In this document: positions 1 to 9,434 of the stretch, piece after piece | How the letters are laid out: every line of letters begins with the position of its first letter | Numbering within the stretch: the first letter of the stretch is position 1 | Assembly (NCBI GenBank): GCA_963809485.1 | Contig: CAWEJX010000020.1 | Coordinates: forward strand, 960,001-1,024,000 | Reading direction: 5' to 3' | Length of the DNA stretch: 64,000 bases | From: an uncultured Acidobacteriota bacterium | GTDB lineage: Bacteria; Acidobacteriota; UBA6911 | Made by a program: the position numbers and the translations under genes | The notes under the pieces: model-generated | The model's database searches: none | Told to the model about the DNA's origin: nothing | What the model saw: only the letters and a program-made list of their open reading frames with translations

Positions 1-1110
1 GAAGGTTTCGTCCACCATAACCGTTTCGGAGCCCTCGTTTTCAGGATCAGGTAATCCGTCATGCGGCTCCTCGTAATGATGAAATTCGCCGGCATAAGGG
101 ACGCCAAAGCGGCCCTTGTTGAAGGCGTAACTCAGGGTAAAGTAGGGTTTCTCGCCAAACCATCCAAACCCGGTATGGCCCGAACTCAGGCGCGTCTTCG
201 AGTTGTCGACTCTGCCTTCGGGGCTGTAGTAGTCGCTGGCCACCTGCCGTCTTCCGCCGGCCCAGAAAAGCCAGTTTTTAACTCCATACTCCATGTTTGC
301 ACCGGCATTCGCTTCGTTATTATTCGTCCCCCCGGAAGTATGGAGACCGGCGCGCAATCCGGCGTGCGGGTGGTCGTGCACCAGGTGGTGCTGGGTGATG
401 GCATTGACGACTCCGCCGATGGCATTGCTGCCGTAGAGCAGCGTAGCCGGTCCTTTGACGATCTCGATTTTGTCCAGGTTGGTCTCGTCGACCGGCTCCG
501 CATGTTCTCCGGATTGGGAGGAAAGCGTGCCCGTAGGCAAACCGTTTGTAAGGATCAGAACTCTGTCGCCGTCAAATCCGCGCAGCACCGGGCGCGAACT
601 TCCGGGGCCGAAACTGCGCTTGGCAACCCCCGGGAGATTTTCGGTCAAGTCTCCCAGTCCGAATGAGCCTTTGCCGGAAATTTCCAGCGTATCCAGAACG
701 GTCACCGATTGGAAAGAGTCAAACAGGGAGGCTTCTTTTGCGCTCGCGGTTACGACAACTTCATGACGCAAATGAACAAAGGACAGTTGGAAATCCGCTA
801 CAGCCGCCTTGCCGGCGATGATTTCAACGCGAACGACGCCTTCCAGCAAAGCATGCATGTGACCTGAAACATCGTAAGAGCCGGCGGGGATCTCCTGGAA
901 TTCGTAATATCCATCCTCGTTGGTATATGTGTTCCGGCCCAATTGTATGATTCGAACAGAAGCGCCCTTAAGCGGCGTATGAATGTCCTTCATATAAACT
1001 CTGCCGTGAAGGCTGCCGGGGTCCGTCGACTGGGCAAGGCCCCCTGCCGGACAAAGCAGAAAGAGAGCCGCTATCCACACGCCAAAGCGAAAAAGGCCGC
1101 GAAAATACAT
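1..1110 (-). CDS. TonB-dependent receptor, 5' part (signal peptide, carboxypeptidase-like N-domain, plug); probably metal (Zn) uptake; runs off the window edge
   Basis: Absent from the ORF track because there is no stop in the window. Manual translation from ATG 1110 gives MYFRGLFRFGVWIAALFLLCPAGGLAQ, the TonB-box-like EVVVTAS, the plug motifs SRPVLRGFDGDRVLIL and KIEIVKGPATLLYGSNAIGGVVN, then His-rich QHHLVHDHPH. Confidence 0.9.
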   Translation of the reverse strand, partial: MYFRGLFRFGVWIAALFLLCPAGGLAQSTDPGSLHGRVYMKDIHTPLKGASVRIIQLGRNTYTNEDGYYEFQEIPAGSYDVSGHMHALLEGVVRVEIIAGKAAVADFQLSFVHLRHEVVVTASAKEASLFDSFQSVTVLDTLEISGKGSFGLGDLTENLPGVAKRSFGPGSSRPVLRGFDGDRVLILTNGLPTGTLSSQSGEHAEPVDETNLDKIEIVKGPATLLYGSNAIGGVVNAITQHHLVHDHPHAGLRAGLHTSGGTNNNEANAGANMEYGVKNWLFWAGGRRQVASDYYSPEGRVDNSKTRLSSGHTGFGWFGEKPYFTLSYAFNKGRFGVPYAGEFHHYEEPHDGLPDPENEGSETVMVDETF

Positions 1111-1135
1111 AGAGCCAAATCCAAAATCGAAAGTC

Positions 1136-1486
1136 TTGTTGCAAATGCATTTGCATTATTCAAAAATTTCCGGCTTTTTCAAGTGCAAAAGCTTTCGAAT
1201 CCGGAAAACAAAGGAGACCAGGTTTTATGTACAGGGCGTGCCGGAAAAAAACATCAAGCTGGATCCGCAGTTTGAAGTGGAACAGGATGGTCAGACCTAT
1301 AAAGGGGAGACCATCAATATGAAGAATCTCCAATCCGGCGACGTGGCAAAAGGCACCCGGATTGAAGGCCTGATCCAGTTGAGCCGGAAGATTGACCTGA
1401 ATCAGCCCTTTAAAGTCAGGTGTGTCCGCAATCCCTCTGCCGATTTCAAGTTTTCGCCGGAAACGCTCAAGCTCCTGGAAAACTGA
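1136..1486 (+). pseudogene. Probable C-terminal remnant of a hypothetical protein
   Basis: The 3' two-thirds reads as normal coding sequence (FYVQGVPEKNIKLDPQFEVEQDG...), but there is no convincing start or RBS and the 5' end overlaps the operator. Confidence 0.35.
1140..1155. promoter_or_regulatory. Palindromic operator TGCAAATGCATTTGCA (candidate Fur/Zur-family box)
   Basis: Perfect 16-bp palindrome 30 bp upstream of the receptor ATG; a near-identical copy lies at 51059-51074. Confidence 0.7.
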
Positions 1487-1494
1487 CCCCTATT

Positions 1495-1559
1495 CAAGAG
1501 GGGGACGGCCACCAGTGTCCCCCTGTGGAACGGGGACACTGGTGACTGTCTCCCTCTTG
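1495..1559. repeat. 28-bp-arm inverted repeat (REP-like hairpin or terminator)
   Basis: CAAGAGGGGGACGGCCACCAGTGTCCCC ... GGGGACACTGGTGACTGTCTCCCTCTTG, 3 mismatches, 9-nt loop. Confidence 0.7.
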
Positions 1560-1609
1560 TGCTATTCTCGGCCTTGTCGGCAAGATGGAAGACAAAGAGG
1601 GGAAAAACG

Positions 1610-3895
1610 GTGAATCCGGAAAAGGAAAAATTCCTGGTTTCCAGAAGAACGATTTTGAAGGCCGCCGGTGCAATAGGGGCCGGCATGCCGTTCGCGGACA
1701 GCCCAACCGGGCAATCGTCGCACGCCGCAACTGCGGAGGCTGTGGAAGAACGCATCCCGACTTTTTGCGCCATGTGCGGCCCGGGTCTTGGATGCGGCAT
1801 CTATGCCTGCGTGCGCAACGGCCGCTTCCTGAGAGTCGAAGGGATGAAGGAATCTCCGCTGAATGGCGGCAGGATTTGCGCCAAAGCGCATGCTGCTCCC
1901 CAGTGGGTTTATTCGCCGCAGCGCCTGAAGCGCCCGCTCAAACGCACGGGAGCAAAAGGCGAAGGCAAATTCGCGCCGATTTCGTGGGATGAGGCGCTCG
2001 ACCTGATCGCGGCAAAACTGAAAGAGCAGAAACAAAAATACGGACCTGAATCGCTGGCTATCCTTTCGCCGGCGCGGCGCTCTTACAGCGAATATCTGTA
2101 CCGGTTCCTGATCGCCCACGGAAGCCCCAATTACGGCCACAGCGGTATCTGCGCGATGCAGAAAGCTTTCGCTTTCACATACACGCTGGGGTCCGCGCCC
2201 ATGCCTGACGTTTCCCGCAGCAAGCTTATCCTGATCTGGGGCAAACAACCCATCTATTCGGGAAGCACCCGCGGCAACCTGAAACAGATCCTGGACGCCA
2301 AAGAGCGCGGAGCAAAGATCATTTCGATCAAGCCCACCCTGGAGCCTGATGTAGCAATATCCGATCTCTGGATTCCAATCCGTCCCGGGACCGACGCGGC
2401 TCTGGCGCTGGCGATGCTCCACGTCATCATCGACGAAAAATTGTACGATTCCCAATTCGTCACCCAGTGGACCTTTGGCTTCGAGAAACTGGCAGATCAT
2501 GTCAAAAAATACACCCCGGAATGGGCGCAGCCGGTTACGGGCCTTCCCGCGGCTCAAATCAGAAACCTGGCCCGCACCTATGCGACTACCAAACCGGCCT
2601 GTATCGACCATGGCAACGGTCTCGAACACGTCCCCTCCTCAAACTACGCAGTCCGCTCGATCGCAATCCTGATGGCGATCACGGGGAACCTCGACAGGCC
2701 CGGAGGCGACATTTTCTCCTCGGGCGGCGGAATGCCGTTTCCGAAAAGTGTGCATCTGAAGGAAAGGTATACTCAGGAGTGGGTCGATAAGCTCGTCGGC
2801 CCCGAGTTTCCAAAACCCTTTCAACCCAGCACGGAAGGAACCTCGGCGGCCTATTACCGGATCTTTAACAGCGTTCTCACAGGCGAACCCTACAGGATCC
2901 GGACCATCATTGCGCCGGGAACGCAGCCGACGGTCAGCACGCGGGGCGTCAAGAACGTAATCGAGGCGCTGAAGAAGCTCGATTTCTATGTGGTCGTCGA
3001 TGTCATGCAGACGGCGGAGATGAATTATGCGGATGTAGTGGTCCCCGTCGCCACCATGTACGAGACCGATCACCCGTTCGAGTTCGGCGGCAACTGGATT
3101 ATGGCCCGCAGGAAGGTCATCGAGCCCCTGGGCGACTATAAATCCGACTACGAGTTCTGGATCGATCTCGGCGTGAAGATGGGATACGGCAAGGACTTCT
3201 GGAACGGCAGTCTCGCGCAGTGCATGAACGAGCAACTGAAGCCCTTGAACCTTACCATGGATGAGCTTCGCGCCAGGCCAACGGGAATTACCTTCCCTTC
3301 CAAGCCGATGGTATACGAAAAATACTCCCGGGTGTTCGCCTCTCCCAGCACGCGGTTCACGAAAGCGCCTTACCTGCCGCAGGGCAAAGTGGCCATTTAT
3401 AATACGACCTTTGAAGAAAATGGATTCGAGCCTCTGCCCATCTGGGTGGAACCGCCGGAAAGCCCCACCGGGACTCCGGATTTGATGCCGAAGTATCCAT
3501 TGACCTTTTCCGACTTTCATACTTCCAAGGTTTACAACGCCGCCTGGCTTCGAAACGTCCCGCTGTTGAGGGAGATTCTACCGTTTCCGACTCTCCAGAT
3601 TCATCCGGACACGGCCGGTGAGCGTGGGATCCACGAGGGGGACTGGGTGATCGTGGAATCACCCCACGGCAGCATGAAAATCAGGGCGCAGGTCAATCCC
3701 GGGATACGGCCCGACACGGTCATGGCGCTGCATGGATGGTGGCAGGGTTGCGAAGAACTCGGCCTGCCGGGATTCCCTCTGCTCGAAGGCGGCGCCAACA
3801 CAAACACGATGTACAGCGTGGACGAGAGAAAGGCCTTTGATCCGCTGGTCACCGCCATGTCGAGTCAGACGCTCGTTCAGGTCAGGAAGGCGTGA
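1610..3895 (+). CDS. Tat-exported molybdopterin (bis-MGD) oxidoreductase catalytic subunit, DMSO reductase superfamily
   Basis: Twin-arginine motif SRRTILK, Fe-S motif CAMCGPGLGC...GRICAK, ISWDEALD, IRPGTDAAL, and a molydop-binding C-domain (IHPDTA...HGWW). GTG start at 1610 follows GAGG. Confidence 0.93.
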   Translation: MNPEKEKFLVSRRTILKAAGAIGAGMPFADSPTGQSSHAATAEAVEERIPTFCAMCGPGLGCGIYACVRNGRFLRVEGMKESPLNGGRICAKAHAAPQWVYSPQRLKRPLKRTGAKGEGKFAPISWDEALDLIAAKLKEQKQKYGPESLAILSPARRSYSEYLYRFLIAHGSPNYGHSGICAMQKAFAFTYTLGSAPMPDVSRSKLILIWGKQPIYSGSTRGNLKQILDAKERGAKIISIKPTLEPDVAISDLWIPIRPGTDAALALAMLHVIIDEKLYDSQFVTQWTFGFEKLADHVKKYTPEWAQPVTGLPAAQIRNLARTYATTKPACIDHGNGLEHVPSSNYAVRSIAILMAITGNLDRPGGDIFSSGGGMPFPKSVHLKERYTQEWVDKLVGPEFPKPFQPSTEGTSAAYYRIFNSVLTGEPYRIRTIIAPGTQPTVSTRGVKNVIEALKKLDFYVVVDVMQTAEMNYADVVVPVATMYETDHPFEFGGNWIMARRKVIEPLGDYKSDYEFWIDLGVKMGYGKDFWNGSLAQCMNEQLKPLNLTMDELRARPTGITFPSKPMVYEKYSRVFASPSTRFTKAPYLPQGKVAIYNTTFEENGFEPLPIWVEPPESPTGTPDLMPKYPLTFSDFHTSKVYNAAWLRNVPLLREILPFPTLQIHPDTAGERGIHEGDWVIVESPHGSMKIRAQVNPGIRPDTVMALHGWWQGCEELGLPGFPLLEGGANTNTMYSVDERKAFDPLVTAMSSQTLVQVRKA

Positions 3896-3904
3896 GGAGA
3901 AAGC

Positions 3905-4498
3905 ATGTCAAGACAATACGGCATCTATATCCGGACAGACCGCTGCATTCAATGTCACGCCTGCGAGGTCGCCTGTAAATCGTGGAATGGCATCGAGCCC
4001 GGAATACGATGGAGAAGGGTTGCCGATGAATGGAGCGGGAAATTCCCTGAAGTCGTAAACCGGACTGTTTCTTACTCCTGCATGCATTGCGCGAAACCTG
4101 CCTGCGCGGCCGCATGCCCGGAAAAAGCCATCTCAAAGCGGTCGGAGGACGGTATTGTCGTTGTCGATGCCCGCAAGTGCAAAGGCTGTCGTACATGCGC
4201 GGCGGCGTGTCCCTTTCATATCCCGGAATACGGGCGGACGGGGACCATGCAGAAGTGCAATCTGTGTCTCGAAAGGCTGCAGCAGGGCCGGCAACCGGCG
4301 TGCGTGGCAACCTGTCCGGGTGAAGCATTGACATTCGGGTTTATGGATGAACTGGCCGAACTATCCGCCGCAAAATCCGGGGAGAAACTGCAGGCAGCCA
4401 CCGATCCATCCTTTTATATTTCAGGCAGGCTGAACGGCCAAGCTTTTCTGGACCTGCTGAACCATTCTCGCCAGCTTAAAGATGCTTCAAGCCTCTGA
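3905..4498 (+). CDS. 4Fe-4S dicluster electron-transfer subunit (DmsB-like)
   Basis: CIQCHACEVAC, CMHCAKPAC, CKGCRTCAAACP, KCNLC...PACVATCP. Confidence 0.93.
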   Translation: MSRQYGIYIRTDRCIQCHACEVACKSWNGIEPGIRWRRVADEWSGKFPEVVNRTVSYSCMHCAKPACAAACPEKAISKRSEDGIVVVDARKCKGCRTCAAACPFHIPEYGRTGTMQKCNLCLERLQQGRQPACVATCPGEALTFGFMDELAELSAAKSGEKLQAATDPSFYISGRLNGQAFLDLLNHSRQLKDASSL

Positions 4499-4533
4499 GA
4501 CTTCGAGGCAAAAATATCTGCCTCAAAGTCTCA
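4496..4533. terminator. Hairpin between convergent genes (possible bidirectional terminator)
   Basis: TGAGACTTCGAGGCA-N8-TGCCTCAAAGTCTCA. Confidence 0.5.
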
Positions 4534-4559
4534 AATCCTTTATGAGGCACTGATTCCCG

Positions 4560-5033
4560 TTACTCTTTTTTTATTTCCAATATATGCTCGCAGCAACTGT
4601 CGCCTGCGGGAATGGATTTGCCGATCCGGTAGATCAGACAGGGATTCAACTCTTCCACCACCGTCTTTTCCATGGTGGTATGTGCCAGGCACATCTCGGG
4701 GATGTCGAAATCGAGAGGGCATCGGTCCACCTTTATGATGATCTTGTCCTTCTCCCTTTCGGCCTTGGATATAATTCCGCGGCCGCGGGCAACCGTGTCG
4801 AATATCCTGATCAGGTATTCCGCCACAGAATCGAGGTCGTTGTTTGCGAGCCTCTTCTTTGCCCTTTGCGCGACGCTGATCCCGTACTCACGGCTCATTT
4901 CGGCAATCAGCTTCAGCCCTTCCTCGCCGAATTTGCGGTAAATGAAATCGTAGTTGCTTCTCAGCCTCGCATAGAGCCCGCTCACGGCGCTGCGGTAAAC
5001 CTGTTCGAGCGTGCGCTGATCCGCTTGAGTCAT
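4560..5033 (-). CDS. ATC-hydrolase/V4R-like family protein
   Basis: 157 aa with the C-terminal pattern VDRCPL...MC...GKSIPAGDSCCEH. Confidence 0.6.
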   Translation of the reverse strand: MTQADQRTLEQVYRSAVSGLYARLRSNYDFIYRKFGEEGLKLIAEMSREYGISVAQRAKKRLANNDLDSVAEYLIRIFDTVARGRGIISKAEREKDKIIIKVDRCPLDFDIPEMCLAHTTMEKTVVEELNPCLIYRIGKSIPAGDSCCEHILEIKKE

Positions 5034-5064
5034 CTTGGTATCCTTTTGCTTTCCAGGCCGGGAC

Positions 5065-5934
5065 CTACTTTGAATCCAGGCCCCAGGTTTTGAACATCTG
5101 CTTGTAGAAATCGGGCCGCTCGAAGTCGGGAAGCATCAGCGGGTAATGGTGCCGATAATCAAACGCGCTCTTCTCGCTTTTTATCAACCCGGCGACCAGC
5201 GTTTCCACTTTAGCTCCCGGGACGGCAAACATCATTTCGTCTTCCGTGCCCACCGCCCGCTGGTATTCACCGGGATCGGGCAGGACAACCCAGTATTTTC
5301 CGCTCGTCATAACATTGACTACCGAATAGGTGCATGAAGGAGGCAGGTAGCGGCTGTTTATCTGTGCGCTTTCCTCTCCGCTCATCGACATGATCAGGCC
5401 TCGGAGCTGGGAGGTGTTGGAATAGACAATCACCACATCAGGCTGGAAACTGGCCTGCCTCAGCGGCGCCGTGACGATGCCCACGTACTTCCCATACGGG
5501 AAACTGTCATAGGTTTGGGTCTGCTGAATTTTGTCATCTGTTTTTTTCACCAGACCGTAGCCGATCAGGGGTGCCGGACACCAGTGATCTTCCTTGAGCA
5601 TGGCGACCGTCGTTTTTTCCCGGCGCGACAAGGCGAATGCCTGACACTGGGCCAGGTGATACCCTCGGTCTTTAAAGGGTCTGAAAGCGCCTTGCGGGAT
5701 ATCCGACTCCTTCTCGAGCATTTTAATGGCGACGGGCGAGGTCCGCAGCATGAGACGCTTTTCGAGTTCTTCGCCGCAACGGTTAAATTCACTCAATGGG
5801 GTTGCTCGTTTATCCCCCTGGCCAACCGGCGTCGAGCCGATTCCAGCCGCAACCGCTTCCCTGGCACACGCTGCCAGGACAACCGAGCCCGCTCCCAATT
5901 CCAACACATCACGACGAGAAATGTTTTTTTTCAT
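5065..5934 (-). CDS. DUF169 family protein with Tat signal peptide
   Basis: N-terminal SRRDVL plus hydrophobic helix; LMLRTSPVAIK, HLAQCQAFALSRR, DHWCP, PDVVIVY; paralog at 9435-10271. Confidence 0.8.
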   Translation of the reverse strand: MKKNISRRDVLELGAGSVVLAACAREAVAAGIGSTPVGQGDKRATPLSEFNRCGEELEKRLMLRTSPVAIKMLEKESDIPQGAFRPFKDRGYHLAQCQAFALSRREKTTVAMLKEDHWCPAPLIGYGLVKKTDDKIQQTQTYDSFPYGKYVGIVTAPLRQASFQPDVVIVYSNTSQLRGLIMSMSGEESAQINSRYLPPSCTYSVVNVMTSGKYWVVLPDPGEYQRAVGTEDEMMFAVPGAKVETLVAGLIKSEKSAFDYRHHYPLMLPDFERPDFYKQMFKTWGLDSK

Positions 5935-7325
5935 TAGAAAATCCTCCTCCAGGATTTGGATGAAATTCGGGTGCTACTGAGTGCTGTTCGAATGTGCGGA
6001 AATATGCCGTAGGACGGTTGGACGGACGCAGCTGGTTTCAGGACCTGCGGGACGACGGAATCGGCGTCGCCGGCTTTCTCGATGCTATATACGTCAAGTA
6101 CCGTCCCCTCCTGTTGTATTGTCACCACTGTGAGCTTTTTGTCGGTTACATTCACGGCAAAGTAGTTCGGCTGATCCTGCGGATCGTAAAAAAAAACGTT
6201 CCAGGGCATCTTTTCGAGGTTGGGGTAGGTTTTCCTGCCGCTCCGTCCGGAAACATAATAAACCGTGCCCTGGGATGGATCTTTTAAATAAGCCCCGTCC
6301 CTGATCGGATACGTGCGCGCAATCCCATGATCGTGGGCATTGAAGACCAGGTTCACCCGGTGTTTCTCGATAATGGGGCAAAAGGCGGCTTTGACATCCT
6401 CGTTGGGTCGCTTTGCCATGATTCCATAGGGGGGCCTGTGGAAAAACACAATTTTCCAGTCGGCGCGGGATGCTGCCAGGTCGGCATCCAGCCATGCCAA
6501 CTGCATCTTCAATATATCGCCGTGTTTCTCTTGTTCTTTCCGCTGGCTGTCCAGCACGACGAAATGGACCGAACCATAATCATAGGAATAAGCCTGGCTT
6601 TTCAGGCCTTCAGGCCCGTTCTGCGGCAGGGCGAATTGTTTGAGAAAATATTCCGGTCGTGTGGAGTCGTCCGAGCCGAAGAACTCATGGTTGCCCAGAA
6701 TGGGCATTACGGGAATGGAGTCAATCACGCCGGCTGCCGCCGCAAACCATGCGTTCCAGTGGGCGCCCCTCTGTCCGAAATCGACAAGGTCTCCCATGTT
6801 GACCATGAACTTCGCATCCGGATTGGCTTTATAGGCATTCTGGACGGTATCCCGCCACAACGCGTAGGGCGGATCACCCGACAGGTTGCTTTGGCTGTCG
6901 CCAAAAACAAGAAACTTGAATGCGTGCCCTCCTCTGTCGGCGGTTTGAAAAGAGCGCACGCCGCTCCAATGCTCGCCGTCTCCCACACGATAGGAATATC
7001 TTTTGTTGGGCGAGAGGTGAACCAGAGTCGCAGAGAACAGACGGGTCGGGCCGAGATCGGTAACAAACTCGCGAGGATCGGCGTTCGCTTTCGGGGCAGC
7101 CGAAGTAAGGCTGGTTCCCTCCTGATACTGCACCACCCCGCGGGTGACCATAATATCGGTTCTCCAGGTAACCGTCATGGTGGTCGATGGATCGCCCGTC
7201 CAGGTCAGGGTCAGGTGGTCGGGAATAGCGGTCGCTCCGCTGTCCGACGCTGTGCTGCCTGCAAATGCTAGGAAGGAAAGAGCAGATATCAGCAGGACTG
7301 TGCATTTGATGGAATTGTGTTTCAT
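5934..7325 (-). CDS. Secreted purple-acid-phosphatase-family metallophosphoesterase (FN3-like N-domain)
   Basis: Signal peptide MKHNSIK..., with the GDSQ, GDLVD, GNHE, FFHRPPY and NAHDH motifs. Confidence 0.9.
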   Translation of the reverse strand: MKHNSIKCTVLLISALSFLAFAGSTASDSGATAIPDHLTLTWTGDPSTTMTVTWRTDIMVTRGVVQYQEGTSLTSAAPKANADPREFVTDLGPTRLFSATLVHLSPNKRYSYRVGDGEHWSGVRSFQTADRGGHAFKFLVFGDSQSNLSGDPPYALWRDTVQNAYKANPDAKFMVNMGDLVDFGQRGAHWNAWFAAAAGVIDSIPVMPILGNHEFFGSDDSTRPEYFLKQFALPQNGPEGLKSQAYSYDYGSVHFVVLDSQRKEQEKHGDILKMQLAWLDADLAASRADWKIVFFHRPPYGIMAKRPNEDVKAAFCPIIEKHRVNLVFNAHDHGIARTYPIRDGAYLKDPSQGTVYYVSGRSGRKTYPNLEKMPWNVFFYDPQDQPNYFAVNVTDKKLTVVTIQQEGTVLDVYSIEKAGDADSVVPQVLKPAASVQPSYGIFPHIRTALSSTRISSKSWRRIF

Positions 7326-7608
7326 GGGAAAAACCTTTTTCTCCAATCCATTTATCCGGTCAGCGATCCTGCCTGATCGCACTTGGATCAAACGGGCGCA
7401 CAAACCATTCTATCAGGTCAGCGCATTAAACAAAGTGCCGGATTGGACCCGAGCGGTCGTATGCGCTTTTTCAGCTTCTGTCAGCGTTACGGCAACAATT
7501 CGGCGCCCGAAGAAATGAAAGGATTTCCCTATCACCGGGCAACGGCTTAAAGGAGTTTTGATTTATAATGCCGGCATCAGGACGCCGGTGAAATTAGGAG
7601 GGAGCAAT

Positions 7609-8559
7609 ATGCAAGTCTACAACGACAGGATTCCCGAAGTGGACGCAGTTCGCATACGGGTTCTCGCAGACAACTACTATGACGCCCTGCGCCCGGACAG
7701 TCAGGCAGCCAAACGCTTCCGTGCAAGGCCGGGCCGGGCCATACATGCCGAACACGGTCTTGCCTATTATGTGGAAACTGAAGTCCAGGGAAAAACCAGC
7801 GCCTGCATGTTTGACTTCGGCCTGGATCCCGCCGGGGTTGCGAATAACATAGAGGTTCTTAATATTGACCCTGGAAAGGCGCAGGCTTTTGTGCTGAGCC
7901 ACGGCCACTTCGATCACTGGGGCGGCGCAGTCGAAATTCTGAGGCGGCACCGGGCAAGGATCGCCAGGGACACGCCGTTTTACACCGGCGAGCAGACTTT
8001 TCTGCACAGATACTCCCTGAATGAGGCAACCAACGAGATCATTGGAATCGGAAAACTGGAGAAAGGCGATATTGAAGCCCTTGGGTTGACGGTAAAAGAG
8101 GTTCACGAGCCCACACAGATCATTCCGGGCGCATTCTGCACGGGCAAAATAGACCGCGTCACGGATTATGAAAAGGTGCCTGCAAGCCTGCTGGTCGATC
8201 GCGGAAACGGGCCTGAAGCGGATGACTTCAGAGGCGAGCAAGCCCTGCTGTTTAATCTTAAAAACAAGGGTCTCATAGTTCTGTCGGGCTGTGCCCATGC
8301 CGGTATAGTCAATACCGTCCGGCATGCCCAGAAAGTCGCCGGCATCCGAAAGGTTCACGCCATTCTGGGGGGCTTCCATCTGGTCCATGCGAAGCCCGAA
8401 ACTATCCGGAATACCGTGAAGGACATCGTGGACATGCAACCGGAGCTGGTGGCGCCTATGCATTGTACCGGCTTTGAAGCAACGGTCGAGTTCAGCAGGG
8501 AAATGCCCGAGGCATTCATCCTGAACACAGCGGGAACTCAGTACACGTTTTCAGCCTGA
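7609..8559 (+). CDS. MBL-fold metallo-hydrolase (dihydropterin-synthase-like subfamily)
   Basis: AEHGLA, LSHGHFDHWGG, SGCAHAG, GGFHL, PMHCTG; RBS AGGAGG. Confidence 0.88.
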   Translation: MQVYNDRIPEVDAVRIRVLADNYYDALRPDSQAAKRFRARPGRAIHAEHGLAYYVETEVQGKTSACMFDFGLDPAGVANNIEVLNIDPGKAQAFVLSHGHFDHWGGAVEILRRHRARIARDTPFYTGEQTFLHRYSLNEATNEIIGIGKLEKGDIEALGLTVKEVHEPTQIIPGAFCTGKIDRVTDYEKVPASLLVDRGNGPEADDFRGEQALLFNLKNKGLIVLSGCAHAGIVNTVRHAQKVAGIRKVHAILGGFHLVHAKPETIRNTVKDIVDMQPELVAPMHCTGFEATVEFSREMPEAFILNTAGTQYTFSA

Positions 8560-8611
8560 AAATTCTGTCGAGCGAGCCGGCTGATTATGGGAATGGAGGA
8601 AGTGGAAAAAA

Positions 8612-9358
8612 ATGATACAGGATGAAATTCTGGATTGCATGCGCGGGCTGGCTGCCGGGCATTTTGCATCCGACATACGGATCGGCCTGGGCTACACGGC
8701 GGTGCGCCTGGAGGATGGGCGCTGCGGTCTTGCCTATACTCTGCACGAAGAAGAGCACGAATCTTGCGGTGTGATTCCGAAGGCAGGGACTCTGACCGGG
8801 CGGAGCGTTTCGGAGCTTTCAGAATATCTGAAATCGGCGGACACGACGGCTTGTGCAGTCGGTCTTGCTTCAATCAACGCCGTTATCCCCTCTCCAGCCG
8901 GCGCCGTCGAGTCGGATATTTTGGACATGTTGCCCACCGGTCCGGATGACTCTGTCGGGATGGTGGGATATTTCGGTCCGCTGGTCGGCCCGCTGAGAAA
9001 AAGCGCCCGGGCCATACACATATTCGAGCGCCGTCCAAATCCCGAATTCGGAATATTGCCCGAATCGGCGACGCAGGATCTCCTTCCCGCGTGCAATGTG
9101 GTCATATTATCGGCGACAACCCTGCTGAACCACACCATCGATGGACTGCTCGATCTCTGCAAATCAGCCCGAGAGATCGCCTTGTTGGGTCCGTCCACGC
9201 CTTTCCTGCCGGAGGTCTTCACACGGCATGGAGTCACCCTTCTTTCCGGACTCGAGGTAGTCGATGCTTTCCAGGTTCTGCGCGTTGTCAGCGAAGGAGG
9301 CGGCACGCGCCAGTTCGGCCGGGCGGCCCGGAAACTGAATTGGCGCGCAACTCCTTAA
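8612..9358 (+). CDS. DUF364 Rossmann-like (putative heavy-metal chelation) protein
   Basis: IRIGLGYTAV, AVGLASINA, VGMVGYFGP, TTLLNHTIDGLL, LLGPSTP. Confidence 0.85.
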   Translation: MIQDEILDCMRGLAAGHFASDIRIGLGYTAVRLEDGRCGLAYTLHEEEHESCGVIPKAGTLTGRSVSELSEYLKSADTTACAVGLASINAVIPSPAGAVESDILDMLPTGPDDSVGMVGYFGPLVGPLRKSARAIHIFERRPNPEFGILPESATQDLLPACNVVILSATTLLNHTIDGLLDLCKSAREIALLGPSTPFLPEVFTRHGVTLLSGLEVVDAFQVLRVVSEGGGTRQFGRAARKLNWRATP

Positions 9359-9434
9359 ACAGCGGCAGTCAGGGAACCTTCAGCCGCACGGAGGCTGATT
9401 TCCACGAGATTAACCGCTGCTTTGCGGAACCACT

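Noticed and set aside
61-766. Plus-strand ORFs 61-666 and 455-766
   Set aside because: Antisense shadows of the TonB-dependent receptor on the minus strand.
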